Source: a virus
Lineage: Duplodnaviria; Caudoviricetes
Reading direction: 5' to 3' (one strand)
Virus record (IMG/VR): IMGVR_UViG_3300048854_000081
Coordinates: 64,001-128,000 of that record
DNA length: 64,000 nucleotides
A program made the position numbers and the translations under genes. The notes below the pieces were generated by a model. It did no database searches. It was given only the letters and a program-made list of their open reading frames with translations, and was not told the origin of the DNA. Below, in pieces: positions 46,379-56,339 of the stretch; the first letter of the stretch is position 1, and every line of letters begins with the position of its first letter.

Positions 46379-47167
46379 ATGAAGTATTATGGTGACATAG
46401 AACTGATGGGTAGTACCATCCTAAATGCCCTGATTGAAAATCTTGGCAGTGATCCCGTTTTTACCGTTGAAGAGTCCGGTCGTATTTACTTTAACACTAC
46501 GTCTGATACATTAAGATTGAATAATGGCACCACTTATGTGGATGCCTCGCTGCCAGCAACTTTTAGTAATCTTATCGATAGCTTGGGCGCAGTCTGGATC
46601 AATACTGATCTAACCTTCAATCCATCGGCTTTCAATCAGTTAATCAATGTTGGTAGCTTAACAGCTAACGATTCTCTATTCACCGTCTTACAGCAGCTAG
46701 ATAGTGCCATTAAAGATTCAAATATCGGTATTCTTGATTTAAGCGACGTTGCGGTTACAACAAACTTAGAACAAGGTGACATTCTTTTCTATAACGGAAC
46801 GAATTTTACCTTTGCGGATATCGACTCACTAGTCCAGAATTACGCGCACCTATCCTTGAGTAACTTAACTGACGTTACTCTAGGTGATGTGGGAAGTGGT
46901 GATTTCTTAGTATATGACAGCGTAACTTCAAAGTTTGTCGCTGCAAACCCTATTCAGCCGTACGAAGACTTGCAGGTATCGACGAATCATACCATCTTAC
47001 ATACGTTGGGTGTCAAATATTGTAATGTAACGGTTATCAACCGTTCGACTGATACAATTATCACTGACGCGATTGTATCATTCTTAGATATTAACCAGAT
47101 ACAAATCACACTGAACACACCAGCCCCAGTGCTTGTTATTGTAACCGGTTCACCTAATCTATCTTAA
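46379..47167 (+). CDS. tail-fibre-like structural protein
   Basis: Late promoter 46344; GRIYFNT, L.DV....GD.L.Y repeats. Confidence 0.75.
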   Translation: MKYYGDIELMGSTILNALIENLGSDPVFTVEESGRIYFNTTSDTLRLNNGTTYVDASLPATFSNLIDSLGAVWINTDLTFNPSAFNQLINVGSLTANDSLFTVLQQLDSAIKDSNIGILDLSDVAVTTNLEQGDILFYNGTNFTFADIDSLVQNYAHLSLSNLTDVTLGDVGSGDFLVYDSVTSKFVAANPIQPYEDLQVSTNHTILHTLGVKYCNVTVINRSTDTIITDAIVSFLDINQIQITLNTPAPVLVIVTGSPNLS

Positions 47168-47397
47168 TAAACTCTAAGTATAACTCCATTGTCACATTCA
47201 ATGGAGTAAATATTTCCAGTTACATTGACTTTGATTTGCTTCAGAGTACTGGCAGGAGCACAAAGCGGCTCATACTTTTTAATAGTCTCCATTTTAACTG
47301 GATACTTGATCGTAATACCCAACAGTATGCCGAGAAGAATCCCAACGAATAAGGCTACGGCTTTTTGTTCTAAATGGCTTGGCATGATAGTGGTCAA
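47164..47397 (-). CDS. small membrane protein
   Basis: Single TM segment; start uncertain. Confidence 0.5.
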   Translation of the reverse strand: MTTIMPSHLEQKAVALFVGILLGILLGITIKYPVKMETIKKYEPLCAPASTLKQIKVNVTGNIYSIECDNGVILRVY

Positions 47398-47503
47398 TTA
47401 TTATACAATTATTTATCTTACATGTGGTCAGAACACCATTGTACCATAAATATTGTTTTATACCCAGCAGCAATAAATATTCGAAAAGAATGCGAACCCT
47501 GTA

Positions 47504-50500
47504 ATGATCTTTAATGAAGGCGATCTAATTTATTATTTGGACCCAGCCTCAGGCAAAGTTGCCTATGGTGTGTGTCAAGAAGTTATTCAAAATGGTAGTG
47601 ATACTACCTATGCCCTTCTACTTACCAATGGTTCTGTGTACTATCTTGATTCTGAGGATGCTTATCCCTCGGGTCTCATGTTGGCTACACCAACTCCAAC
47701 GGCTTCATTATCGCCAACTCCAACGTTAACGGGAACCCCACAGGCGACGTTAACACCGACAATGACGGTTTCGCCTTCAAATCCAGCTTATCCAAACATT
47801 TTTGATGAAGCTGATGCCGCAGCATGGACATCACCAGACGGTACCGTTACTACGGATGGGACAGGACTTATATTCCATAGTGAAAATACAGACCCGTTAC
47901 ATACTCTAACATTTACACGTTCATTCACAGTAGTTCCAAATAAGACTTTCAAATTCTCGTTCGATTACGAACAGGGAACTATTCGTTACGCAAAAATCAA
48001 GCTTCAGGCTAACGAAGGCATGATGTTCGCCATGGCGCGAGCAGAAATCAATAAAGGTAATGAATTAGTTTATGGTCTATTCGGAGACAGTGGTCGCTTT
48101 GAAGCTGACCTATTCGTTCCGACCGCAACTACCGTTACAATGACCATTTCGTTCTACGGTGACTCAAATTTTAACAATTCGCCTATCGAACGCTTCAATT
48201 ACAGATTAGAACGAACCATTTTCCAGCAGAAGTACCAGCCAATCTTGGTGACGCCTTCTGCTTCATTACAAGCGACATCAACTCCTACACCAACACCTTC
48301 GATCACTCCTACCAAAACGCCAGTGCATATTCCTCTTTCTGGTTATGCACGCATGGTTATTTCCGATAGTCCTCTAATTTATTACAAATTCGACGAACAA
48401 TCAGGCAACGCGGTAATAGATTACAGCGGCAATAACATTAACGGTACCTATCATAACGTAGTAACTGGTGAGCCGTCCATTGTGGATGGTCTTGGTTTCT
48501 CGGCTGGATTTGGTCAGAATGCACAGCCATCTTATGTGGTAGCCAACAATGACAACCGTTATAAGAATATCTTAACTGATTTCTCTATCGAATTGTCGAT
48601 AAACAGCCAGCCACAGCCTCACAATGGTACCTTGGTATTGTTACCAACTACCGGAACTGATTCTACATTTAAATTATCTGTAGAATCCAACAAATTGATA
48701 TTCCGTTTGACTACGTTGAATGGAACCTTCGTTCTTGATCCAAATCTTCTTGTTAATGATAACGTCAATCGTCTTATCACCATTACCCGTCAGGGCTCAG
48801 TCCTTCGCGTGTATGTTGCTGGCGTGCAGGTTGGAAGCATTGCTGTAACAGGCGATAACGTTTCTAGCCGTAACTTCTTGTATGTTGGCGGTCTGGTTAA
48901 TGATGCTACCTACAATTATACTGGCATTATTGACGATTTCAGCTTCTATCGCTATGCATTAACAGACTTCCAGATTCAGAACCATTATGTGGTGTGGGGC
49001 AATTCTGGTGGTTCAGCTTTAACGCCGACACCTACACCATCCACGACACCATCTACTGATGCTTACAAATCATTGATCATAAGCGGCTTACCAGTTGCTT
49101 ACTATCGTTTAGATGAGCCTACTGGTACCTACGTTTATGATGCCATCGGCAATAAACATGATGGTATAAGCAATGGACTTCTTGATCTTCAGCAGCCAAG
49201 TTTGATAAGAAATTATTCAGACAAGGCTACTGGTAACTTCCAAAGTGGTCTAGTATCGGTAAGTAAGAATTCTAATGATCTATCCTTTGCTGGTAGTGAC
49301 TTTACCTTTGAATTTTATCTAAATGTAAGCTCGACTCAGATTGATACCTCTCCTACTGTTTTCGGTAAGATTGTCGATGCCAATTCGCTTGCATATAACT
49401 ATTCGTTTAAGATTGATGCTTCTGGACACGGTGTGTTCAGTGTGTTCATGAATGGTCAGCCAACGTCTGTCACCACTCCTACTCCAATCAATGATGATAC
49501 AACACGTACCTTCCACATCATTAGAAGCGGAAGAACCTTAAGTCTATTGATTGATACTATAACAGAATCTACCGCTCAGTTGGGTGGTAATGGTATTCTG
49601 GACACAACTAGTAACGATATGGAAATGTTCTCATCGTCTTATGTGGATAATTGTCGCTTTATCGGTGTTCTTGATGAATTTGCTATCTATAATTATGCAT
49701 TGAGTCAGGCTGTAGTTAATCAGCATGCTAATACTGCTACGGTTGTCACCCCAACACCAACGCCAACACATTCGTTGACACCATCACGTACACCTACTGT
49801 AACCAGAACTCCGACGATTTCTGTTACACCAACGATTTCTGTAACGATCAGTATTACCCCAACACACTCGGTAACGCCATCTGTTACACCAACGATATCC
49901 ATTACACCATCTATTACACCAACAATATCGATCACACCATCGGTAACTCCAACACATTCGTTGACACCATCGATTACACCAACGATTACGCAGACCCGCA
50001 CAGTTACACCAACCGTAACGGCTTCGATTACCGTATCAAAATCGATACCTGCTACGCCAACTGTAACTCCAACACACTCGTTGACACCATCGATAACTGC
50101 AACCCCATCGATCACAGCATCGGTGTCACCAACTATTTCCATTACACCCTCGATTACAAAGAGTATTTCGATTACACCAACCATATCGATTACTCCATCA
50201 GTTACGATTACTTCGACTCATACCCCAACACCAACACGTACAATCACGCCTACTCATACAGCAACACCTACTGTAACCAAGACAGTAACGCCTACGCCTT
50301 CGATTACTCCAACGATTTCCGTGACGGTAACCCGCATCTACGATCCGAATGCACAGGCTATCTTGAATTCCATGCACAACTGGTGGGATTTCAATGAGTC
50401 CTCGGCTCAGAACAAGGTTGACTCTAAGGATGGCGTAATCCTAGTTCCATTCGATACCGGTACAAGTATTGGTATCGTGGGTAATGCCGTCTCATTCAAT

Positions 50501-52189
50501 CCAATAACGAATCCTTCAGCACGTTTAGAGAGCACCATTTCCGAAAACGTCTTGAACTATGGTAATTCCGACTTTACCGTTGGTGCGTTCATTAAGATCA
50601 ATTACGCACTTTCTGCTCAGTTGTCTTACGATAAGATGAGCATTATGTCTCGTTGGGGTGACAATACCCGTCAGTTCCAGCTAGGTTATGATCGTTCTGT
50701 GGACAAGGTGTTCCTCTCTATTTCTGATAACGGTGCTGATACATCCACGGTATATTCCACTAATACTGTAGGTGGTTCAACTGGTTGGCTATCTGTAGTC
50801 GGTTCCTATGATTCACAGGGTCACGTACTTCGTGTTGCCTTGAATGGTGTTGCTCCGAACAGCATTTCCTATCCGTTGGATTACTATGGTGTAACTCAGT
50901 CGTACATGATCGGTAACGATGCAAACTTCTCTAGCGGATTTGCTGGTTCAATTGACTCAGCCTTCGTTTGCGCCAGCGTACTAAGTACGGCACAGATAGC
51001 TTGGTACTACAACAATGGTGCTGGTACAGACTATAACCGCGTTCTAGCTAATGCTTACCTTGTAGATAAGGGTGAAATTGCCCAGTATTATGATGGTAGC
51101 TCTCTAGCAGCCTTCACCAATAATGGTGGTATTGTAGATAATACTCTAGGTAATCCACAGCCAGCCTTCACGTTTGGTAGCTCGGATTATGCATTCAATA
51201 GCATCCCATTGAGCAAGTTCTTCCAGAGAATTACATTTGATTTCTATCTAAATGCTAATTCTTCGTTTGATATGTTCTTTGCAACCGATGCTACTGGCTC
51301 CGGTAGCTATTTGAAGTTGACTTCGGCAACTGGCGACAATTCGGGTATTTCTTCAGGTCTTGGTTGGACAGATTACAACGATCCTTCAGCTACTTCAAGC
51401 TTTGAGGCTCTAACTACCAATGTTTGGCATAACGCCGAAGTTCGCTTCGATTATCTTGATAATGACACTTACGTTAGCATCTATGTGGATGGTAATTGTA
51501 AGGTTTATTACTACTTGATTCCGGATTCGAACAAGTTCTTTGGTATGAACGGTGACCTATCGGCTTCTACGGTAACAGTGGACAATCTAAAAATTTACAC
51601 GGAAGTAACTGCACCGGCCATTACACCTACACCAACACCATCGGCTACGGTCACTCCTACGGTAACGTTGACTCCATCGGTTACGAAGACAATTACTGTC
51701 ACTCCATCGATCACTCCAACATTCACACCGACCATTACACCAACATTGACGGCAACCGTATCCGGTACTCCGGCAGCATCCGTAACTCCAACGGCTTCGG
51801 TAACTGCATCGATTACACCTACACCATCTGTAACCAAGTCTCCACTTCCATCACCTACACCATCCGTAACCGCATCTATCACTCCTACGCCAACAGTGAC
51901 AGCGACAGTATCAACTAGCTTGACTCCATCTGTAACTGCCTCGATATCGGTAAGCTTGACACCATCGGTGACCAGAACACCTCCGGTTACACCAACAATG
52001 ACTTCAACTGTCACACCTACACCAACCCTAACACCAACGCCTACACCAACAATTTCTATCACACCATCTTCAACACCGGGTAGCGTCCCATTACAAATTG
52101 AATCATTGAATAAGATGGTTATTATACAGAATCAAATCCCAGCACAGATTGATTCTCTACAGAAATTGATTTTGATTAAGAAACCTTAA
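47504..52189 (+). CDS. giant LamG/ConA-domain protein with mucin-like stalks
   Basis: Late promoter 47473; YYKFDE/YYRLDE/WWDFNE LamG-type starts, G.IDDF..Y; two long TP tracts. Confidence 0.88.
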   Translation: MIFNEGDLIYYLDPASGKVAYGVCQEVIQNGSDTTYALLLTNGSVYYLDSEDAYPSGLMLATPTPTASLSPTPTLTGTPQATLTPTMTVSPSNPAYPNIFDEADAAAWTSPDGTVTTDGTGLIFHSENTDPLHTLTFTRSFTVVPNKTFKFSFDYEQGTIRYAKIKLQANEGMMFAMARAEINKGNELVYGLFGDSGRFEADLFVPTATTVTMTISFYGDSNFNNSPIERFNYRLERTIFQQKYQPILVTPSASLQATSTPTPTPSITPTKTPVHIPLSGYARMVISDSPLIYYKFDEQSGNAVIDYSGNNINGTYHNVVTGEPSIVDGLGFSAGFGQNAQPSYVVANNDNRYKNILTDFSIELSINSQPQPHNGTLVLLPTTGTDSTFKLSVESNKLIFRLTTLNGTFVLDPNLLVNDNVNRLITITRQGSVLRVYVAGVQVGSIAVTGDNVSSRNFLYVGGLVNDATYNYTGIIDDFSFYRYALTDFQIQNHYVVWGNSGGSALTPTPTPSTTPSTDAYKSLIISGLPVAYYRLDEPTGTYVYDAIGNKHDGISNGLLDLQQPSLIRNYSDKATGNFQSGLVSVSKNSNDLSFAGSDFTFEFYLNVSSTQIDTSPTVFGKIVDANSLAYNYSFKIDASGHGVFSVFMNGQPTSVTTPTPINDDTTRTFHIIRSGRTLSLLIDTITESTAQLGGNGILDTTSNDMEMFSSSYVDNCRFIGVLDEFAIYNYALSQAVVNQHANTATVVTPTPTPTHSLTPSRTPTVTRTPTISVTPTISVTISITPTHSVTPSVTPTISITPSITPTISITPSVTPTHSLTPSITPTITQTRTVTPTVTASITVSKSIPATPTVTPTHSLTPSITATPSITASVSPTISITPSITKSISITPTISITPSVTITSTHTPTPTRTITPTHTATPTVTKTVTPTPSITPTISVTVTRIYDPNAQAILNSMHNWWDFNESSAQNKVDSKDGVILVPFDTGTSIGIVGNAVSFNPITNPSARLESTISENVLNYGNSDFTVGAFIKINYALSAQLSYDKMSIMSRWGDNTRQFQLGYDRSVDKVFLSISDNGADTSTVYSTNTVGGSTGWLSVVGSYDSQGHVLRVALNGVAPNSISYPLDYYGVTQSYMIGNDANFSSGFAGSIDSAFVCASVLSTAQIAWYYNNGAGTDYNRVLANAYLVDKGEIAQYYDGSSLAAFTNNGGIVDNTLGNPQPAFTFGSSDYAFNSIPLSKFFQRITFDFYLNANSSFDMFFATDATGSGSYLKLTSATGDNSGISSGLGWTDYNDPSATSSFEALTTNVWHNAEVRFDYLDNDTYVSIYVDGNCKVYYYLIPDSNKFFGMNGDLSASTVTVDNLKIYTEVTAPAITPTPTPSATVTPTVTLTPSVTKTITVTPSITPTFTPTITPTLTATVSGTPAASVTPTASVTASITPTPSVTKSPLPSPTPSVTASITPTPTVTATVSTSLTPSVTASISVSLTPSVTRTPPVTPTMTSTVTPTPTLTPTPTPTISITPSSTPGSVPLQIESLNKMVIIQNQIPAQIDSLQKLILIKKP

Positions 52190-52217
52190 TAGATAAATAG
52201 GACATACGGATTTAACA

Positions 52218-55200
52218 ATGGCAATTATAACCTTCGACAACTTTAAATTTGACAATACCGCTGCGGCGATACCTGCAACAAATTGGGGTGTTTTCACTAG
52301 TGCTGGCTCTACTTTTGCCAATGCATTTACAAAAAATGGCTATTCATCTAGTGGTTTAGATTTATCTATCACCACGACTGGTGCCGTGGCTCACGGTTCA
52401 TCATATGTAGCAAAATCGAATATAACTCAAAATAATACAAATATTATTACACCAGCGGCAAATTTTAGTGGCCCTCGTCTAGCATTAGGATTTAGTGTTT
52501 CTAAATATCCTCAGAGTGGTTCAATGACCATTGAACCACAATTGACTTCGGATATGACACCATACATTGGTACGAACTCGACTGCCGTTTACAACGGCGA
52601 TGGTTCGCATATGATTGTCAGTAGATATAATAGCGCCACCTCACAGGGAATCGTAGAACTTTGGGTAAGAAATACTGGTGGGAGCAATGCATATACATTT
52701 ATCACACAACTTCTCATTCTACCCAATGCCACAGGATTTTCAACAATAAGATTTTCTCAGGATGGTTTATATTGGGCTATCGCATATAGCGTAACTGGTG
52801 GTTCATCGTTGTTCATCTTTAAAAGATCAGGACCAACTACAAATGCATATAACCAAGTTTTCACCTCAACTGGATTATCCGGTTCTGCAACTTCATTGGC
52901 TTGGAATAGCGGTGGAAGTGTTATCGTGGGTACTGGTCTCAGCCCATTCGTTTATTTTTTCTTTAAAAACAGTTCAAGTGATGCATGGACTAAAACCCCA
53001 AATCCCAGCACATTACCTGCAACTACAGTTAACGCCGTCACTGGCGGAACTGATAGTATTGTTGGTGTAATATGTTCTGCTGGATCATTTGTGTATCTCT
53101 ACAGTATTGGTAGTACATCTGCACCATCATTCATAGGGTCCACCTTTACTGGACTTAGTAACCCTATCGGTTTTGACATGAATAACTCTCTTGTTACTGT
53201 TATCGGGACTAATACAGCACCATTCATAAAAATATATACGAATACTGCTGGTGCAACTTTGTCTTTCCCCGATACCCTTGTGAGACAGCCTACGACTATT
53301 AAATTTAATCCCGAAGGTACTATGTTTACCATTGCATATAATACCGATGGTTTCGCTCCGGCTACTTATAAATTGTCTGGTAATCCCCTATCTGTGGTTA
53401 ATGTTGGAACAACACCATTACCATCAGTAGGAACTAAAGACATCGTTTTTAGTGCAGATAATAACTATACCGCACTATCTGTATCCACAGCCAGTGCATC
53501 TACACAAGGATTCTACACTTTTGATAATCAAGTAAACGTTATTGCTACTATATCACCGGGTATGGTCGAAGGAAGCACATCTTCAGATAATTATGGTTAT
53601 TCTGGTGGTACTTCGCGTTTTTCAATTACCGTACAAGATGAATTTCTAGGTCTTAGATATTATTCCGCTAATACTGGTGGCGTGTATCCTGTTGGTAGAG
53701 CAATTTCTTCAAGAGCAGTAGGATTTGTTGACAATAATTTTACTAATGCATATATCGAATGGTACTTGAATAACAGTAACACTTCTACACTAACAACTAC
53801 CTCTGCATTATATCTAAATGGTACGCCCGTTACAGTTCAGGTTGCGCTTACCGGAACTACCTCTATGTTACCAGCGACCGATTTCTCTTCATTTTTTAGT
53901 GGAAATGTGTCCGTTTCATTTAAACGAGATATTAACGTATCATCTGCCACTACCTTAAATTGTGTTGTTAGTGATTTCTATATGCTGGACGCCTCTGGTC
54001 CAATAAATACTGCGCCATTAGGTGTGTGCTCTGTGGTACAAGAACCACTTCTCTCAGATAAATCTAAGCAGTGGACCTCTACTGGTCCTAATAGTTATAG
54101 TGTACTTTCTAATAATCCACCTGATCCATCTGCATACGTGTCTTCTAACACAATTGGAGCTACGGATATCATCAATTTAGATAATACATTTAATACAAAT
54201 GCGTATGCATCTAAGATAAGCATAAAAGCAAAGGTGACTTCCCCAACTTCGTCAACTGGGTTGACTTTGGTTGATGGTGATAATTTAAACGTGTTAAATA
54301 CCCGATTGACTCCGGCGTTTAAAGAATACAATTATACGAGTGAACTCCATTCAACTTATGTTGCGGCAGCTACTACCACTATTGGCGGACAGATTGTCAT
54401 CCTTAAATTGGCACCAAAATCTGCAACACCAACTCAATTACCAGTGATAGGATTGTCTTCAACTGGAACTGGAAATGCTACTGCTATGGTGGCTGATGGT
54501 TCAGTCGCAGCTTTAGGTTTAGTCAATACCGCAGCACCTTATGTTCAAATTTTTAATAGAAAAAACGATGTTTATACTGCTACATCACAGACATTTCCTG
54601 ACATAACAACTGCCGTTGCTTTGCTTGAATATTCGTATGATGGTAAATATCTTGCAATTCGTCAAGGTACTCCTAACTCAACGGTAACTATATACTCTGT
54701 GGTAGGGGATGTTTATACTAAAATTACAGATTTATCTACAACTGCTGCCATTACAGCTATTAAATTCTCAAAGGGCGGAAAATATCTATTCGTGGGGACC
54801 AATACAGGTTCAACAGCAAATAAAATATATTCTATTAATTCCTCAACCAATACATTTACTCCATTAACCTCACCTGTAACAGCATCTATTTCTTGTATGG
54901 ACACTGTTATAGATTTAACCCAAACAGTTGAATATGTTTTGTTTGGTCTTAATACCTCTCCATGGCTAGCTATGTATAAAATAAATAATAATGATACCTT
55001 TACAGCAGCTACAGTAACTACACAGTCGTTGATTACCCAAAATCCAACTTCAGTGGCATTTTCTACCATGTTGACACCAACATCGAATGCAAATATATCT
55101 ATTATACAAAACTCTACAACAAACACCGGATTAGCAACGGCATATGTAACCGCAACAAATACGCTTGCATCTGCGACCAGTGCAGGCCAAGCAGCGTCCA

Positions 55201-55427
55201 CTACTGCAAAGCTTTACAAATCTGTGTCTAAAAATGCCTTTGCTATTCTTGCTCCAACCAGTGGTGGTGCTCTTACATATACATACGTTGGCAGTTTACC
55301 ACTTAATTCAGGTATTCCAGTAGTCGCAGGACCATTTTTTACATTATCCACATTAGTCAATACTTCTATATCTATGGCTGAGTTGGTTGAAAACTACAAC
55401 ACTATCGGCTATACCTATACCCTATAA
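52218..55427 (+). CDS. beta-propeller-containing fibre/adhesin protein
   Basis: Late promoter 52193; FSQDG/YSYDG/FSKGG and SPF.. repeats. Confidence 0.8.
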   Translation: MAIITFDNFKFDNTAAAIPATNWGVFTSAGSTFANAFTKNGYSSSGLDLSITTTGAVAHGSSYVAKSNITQNNTNIITPAANFSGPRLALGFSVSKYPQSGSMTIEPQLTSDMTPYIGTNSTAVYNGDGSHMIVSRYNSATSQGIVELWVRNTGGSNAYTFITQLLILPNATGFSTIRFSQDGLYWAIAYSVTGGSSLFIFKRSGPTTNAYNQVFTSTGLSGSATSLAWNSGGSVIVGTGLSPFVYFFFKNSSSDAWTKTPNPSTLPATTVNAVTGGTDSIVGVICSAGSFVYLYSIGSTSAPSFIGSTFTGLSNPIGFDMNNSLVTVIGTNTAPFIKIYTNTAGATLSFPDTLVRQPTTIKFNPEGTMFTIAYNTDGFAPATYKLSGNPLSVVNVGTTPLPSVGTKDIVFSADNNYTALSVSTASASTQGFYTFDNQVNVIATISPGMVEGSTSSDNYGYSGGTSRFSITVQDEFLGLRYYSANTGGVYPVGRAISSRAVGFVDNNFTNAYIEWYLNNSNTSTLTTTSALYLNGTPVTVQVALTGTTSMLPATDFSSFFSGNVSVSFKRDINVSSATTLNCVVSDFYMLDASGPINTAPLGVCSVVQEPLLSDKSKQWTSTGPNSYSVLSNNPPDPSAYVSSNTIGATDIINLDNTFNTNAYASKISIKAKVTSPTSSTGLTLVDGDNLNVLNTRLTPAFKEYNYTSELHSTYVAAATTTIGGQIVILKLAPKSATPTQLPVIGLSSTGTGNATAMVADGSVAALGLVNTAAPYVQIFNRKNDVYTATSQTFPDITTAVALLEYSYDGKYLAIRQGTPNSTVTIYSVVGDVYTKITDLSTTAAITAIKFSKGGKYLFVGTNTGSTANKIYSINSSTNTFTPLTSPVTASISCMDTVIDLTQTVEYVLFGLNTSPWLAMYKINNNDTFTAATVTTQSLITQNPTSVAFSTMLTPTSNANISIIQNSTTNTGLATAYVTATNTLASATSAGQAASTTAKLYKSVSKNAFAILAPTSGGALTYTYVGSLPLNSGIPVVAGPFFTLSTLVNTSISMAELVENYNTIGYTYTL

Positions 55428-55436
55428 GGAAATATT

Positions 55437-56309
55437 ATGAAATACGCTTACAGAAAGGTTTACACGGTTGATAATGGATATAATACTCTATTACCTACCA
55501 CTGGTGATTCACCAACATATGATCCCAATGCTCATTATGATTGGTATTCTGATGTCCATGGTCCATTGGGATTTGCCTTAATTACTCTCAATGGGTATGC
55601 TGGATTAGCAGACGGTGATACCTATATCGTGGTTTCTTATGATGACGCTGATGTCACCCTAGATGACTATGATCCATCTGTTATACATGTCTCAAAGTAC
55701 ACAGTAGTGTATTCATGCGTGACGCCAGATGACACGTTTAAAAGTTATTTTGATTTTACACAGTTGACTTCTCTTGGCGCATTTATGTGGGGATATTACA
55801 TTCAAAATTATGATGACGTAATTGATTATGTAACAAATCAACAGGACATGTCTAATTGGGTAACGTCTGTTAGATCAACCGATGCGGCTCGTTTTAAGCC
55901 ATTGATTGTAGATCAGGATTGGATTTATTATTGGGCAACACAGTTGGATGATATTTCATTTTTACCATTGTTGACTAATCAAGAGTATATTTTCAGCTAT
56001 TCACAAATTTTCCCTGATAGAAAAGATATGATCAAAGATATGTTGACCGATCCTTATTGGATTGGATTATTTAATCAAATATTCCCTGATGATCCTATCA
56101 TTACTGCAACGCCTACTCCAACACCAACTTTTACACCTGAAGCAAGCGGTTTACAGACTCCTACACCAACACCTTCACCAGAAGTAGAGCCAACGCCTGA
56201 ACCTTCAGTTGACGTTACACCAACTCCATCGTCATCCGAAGTAGAACCTGAACTTTCAGTGACACCTACACCATCCGTAACAGCAACACCTTCTTCAACA
56301 GAAGGTTAA
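55437..56309 (+). CDS. late protein with acidic TP-rich tail
   Basis: TAAGGA RBS; TPTPTPSPEVEP C-terminus. Confidence 0.8.
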   Translation: MKYAYRKVYTVDNGYNTLLPTTGDSPTYDPNAHYDWYSDVHGPLGFALITLNGYAGLADGDTYIVVSYDDADVTLDDYDPSVIHVSKYTVVYSCVTPDDTFKSYFDFTQLTSLGAFMWGYYIQNYDDVIDYVTNQQDMSNWVTSVRSTDAARFKPLIVDQDWIYYWATQLDDISFLPLLTNQEYIFSYSQIFPDRKDMIKDMLTDPYWIGLFNQIFPDDPIITATPTPTPTFTPEASGLQTPTPTPSPEVEPTPEPSVDVTPTPSSSEVEPELSVTPTPSVTATPSSTEG

Positions 56310-56312
56310 AAG

Positions 56313-56339
56313 AAAAGGGAGCCGGAAGGCTCCCTTTTT
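56313..56339. terminator. bidirectional terminator
   Basis: AAAAGGGAGCC-ggaa-GGCTCCCTTTTT. Confidence 0.9.

Noticed and set aside
43814-52062. Long Val/Gly/Thr-rich minus-strand ORFs (and the + strand ones at 29440-29857)
   Set aside because: Antisense shadows of ACN/CCN-rich stalk codons; no RBS or promoter
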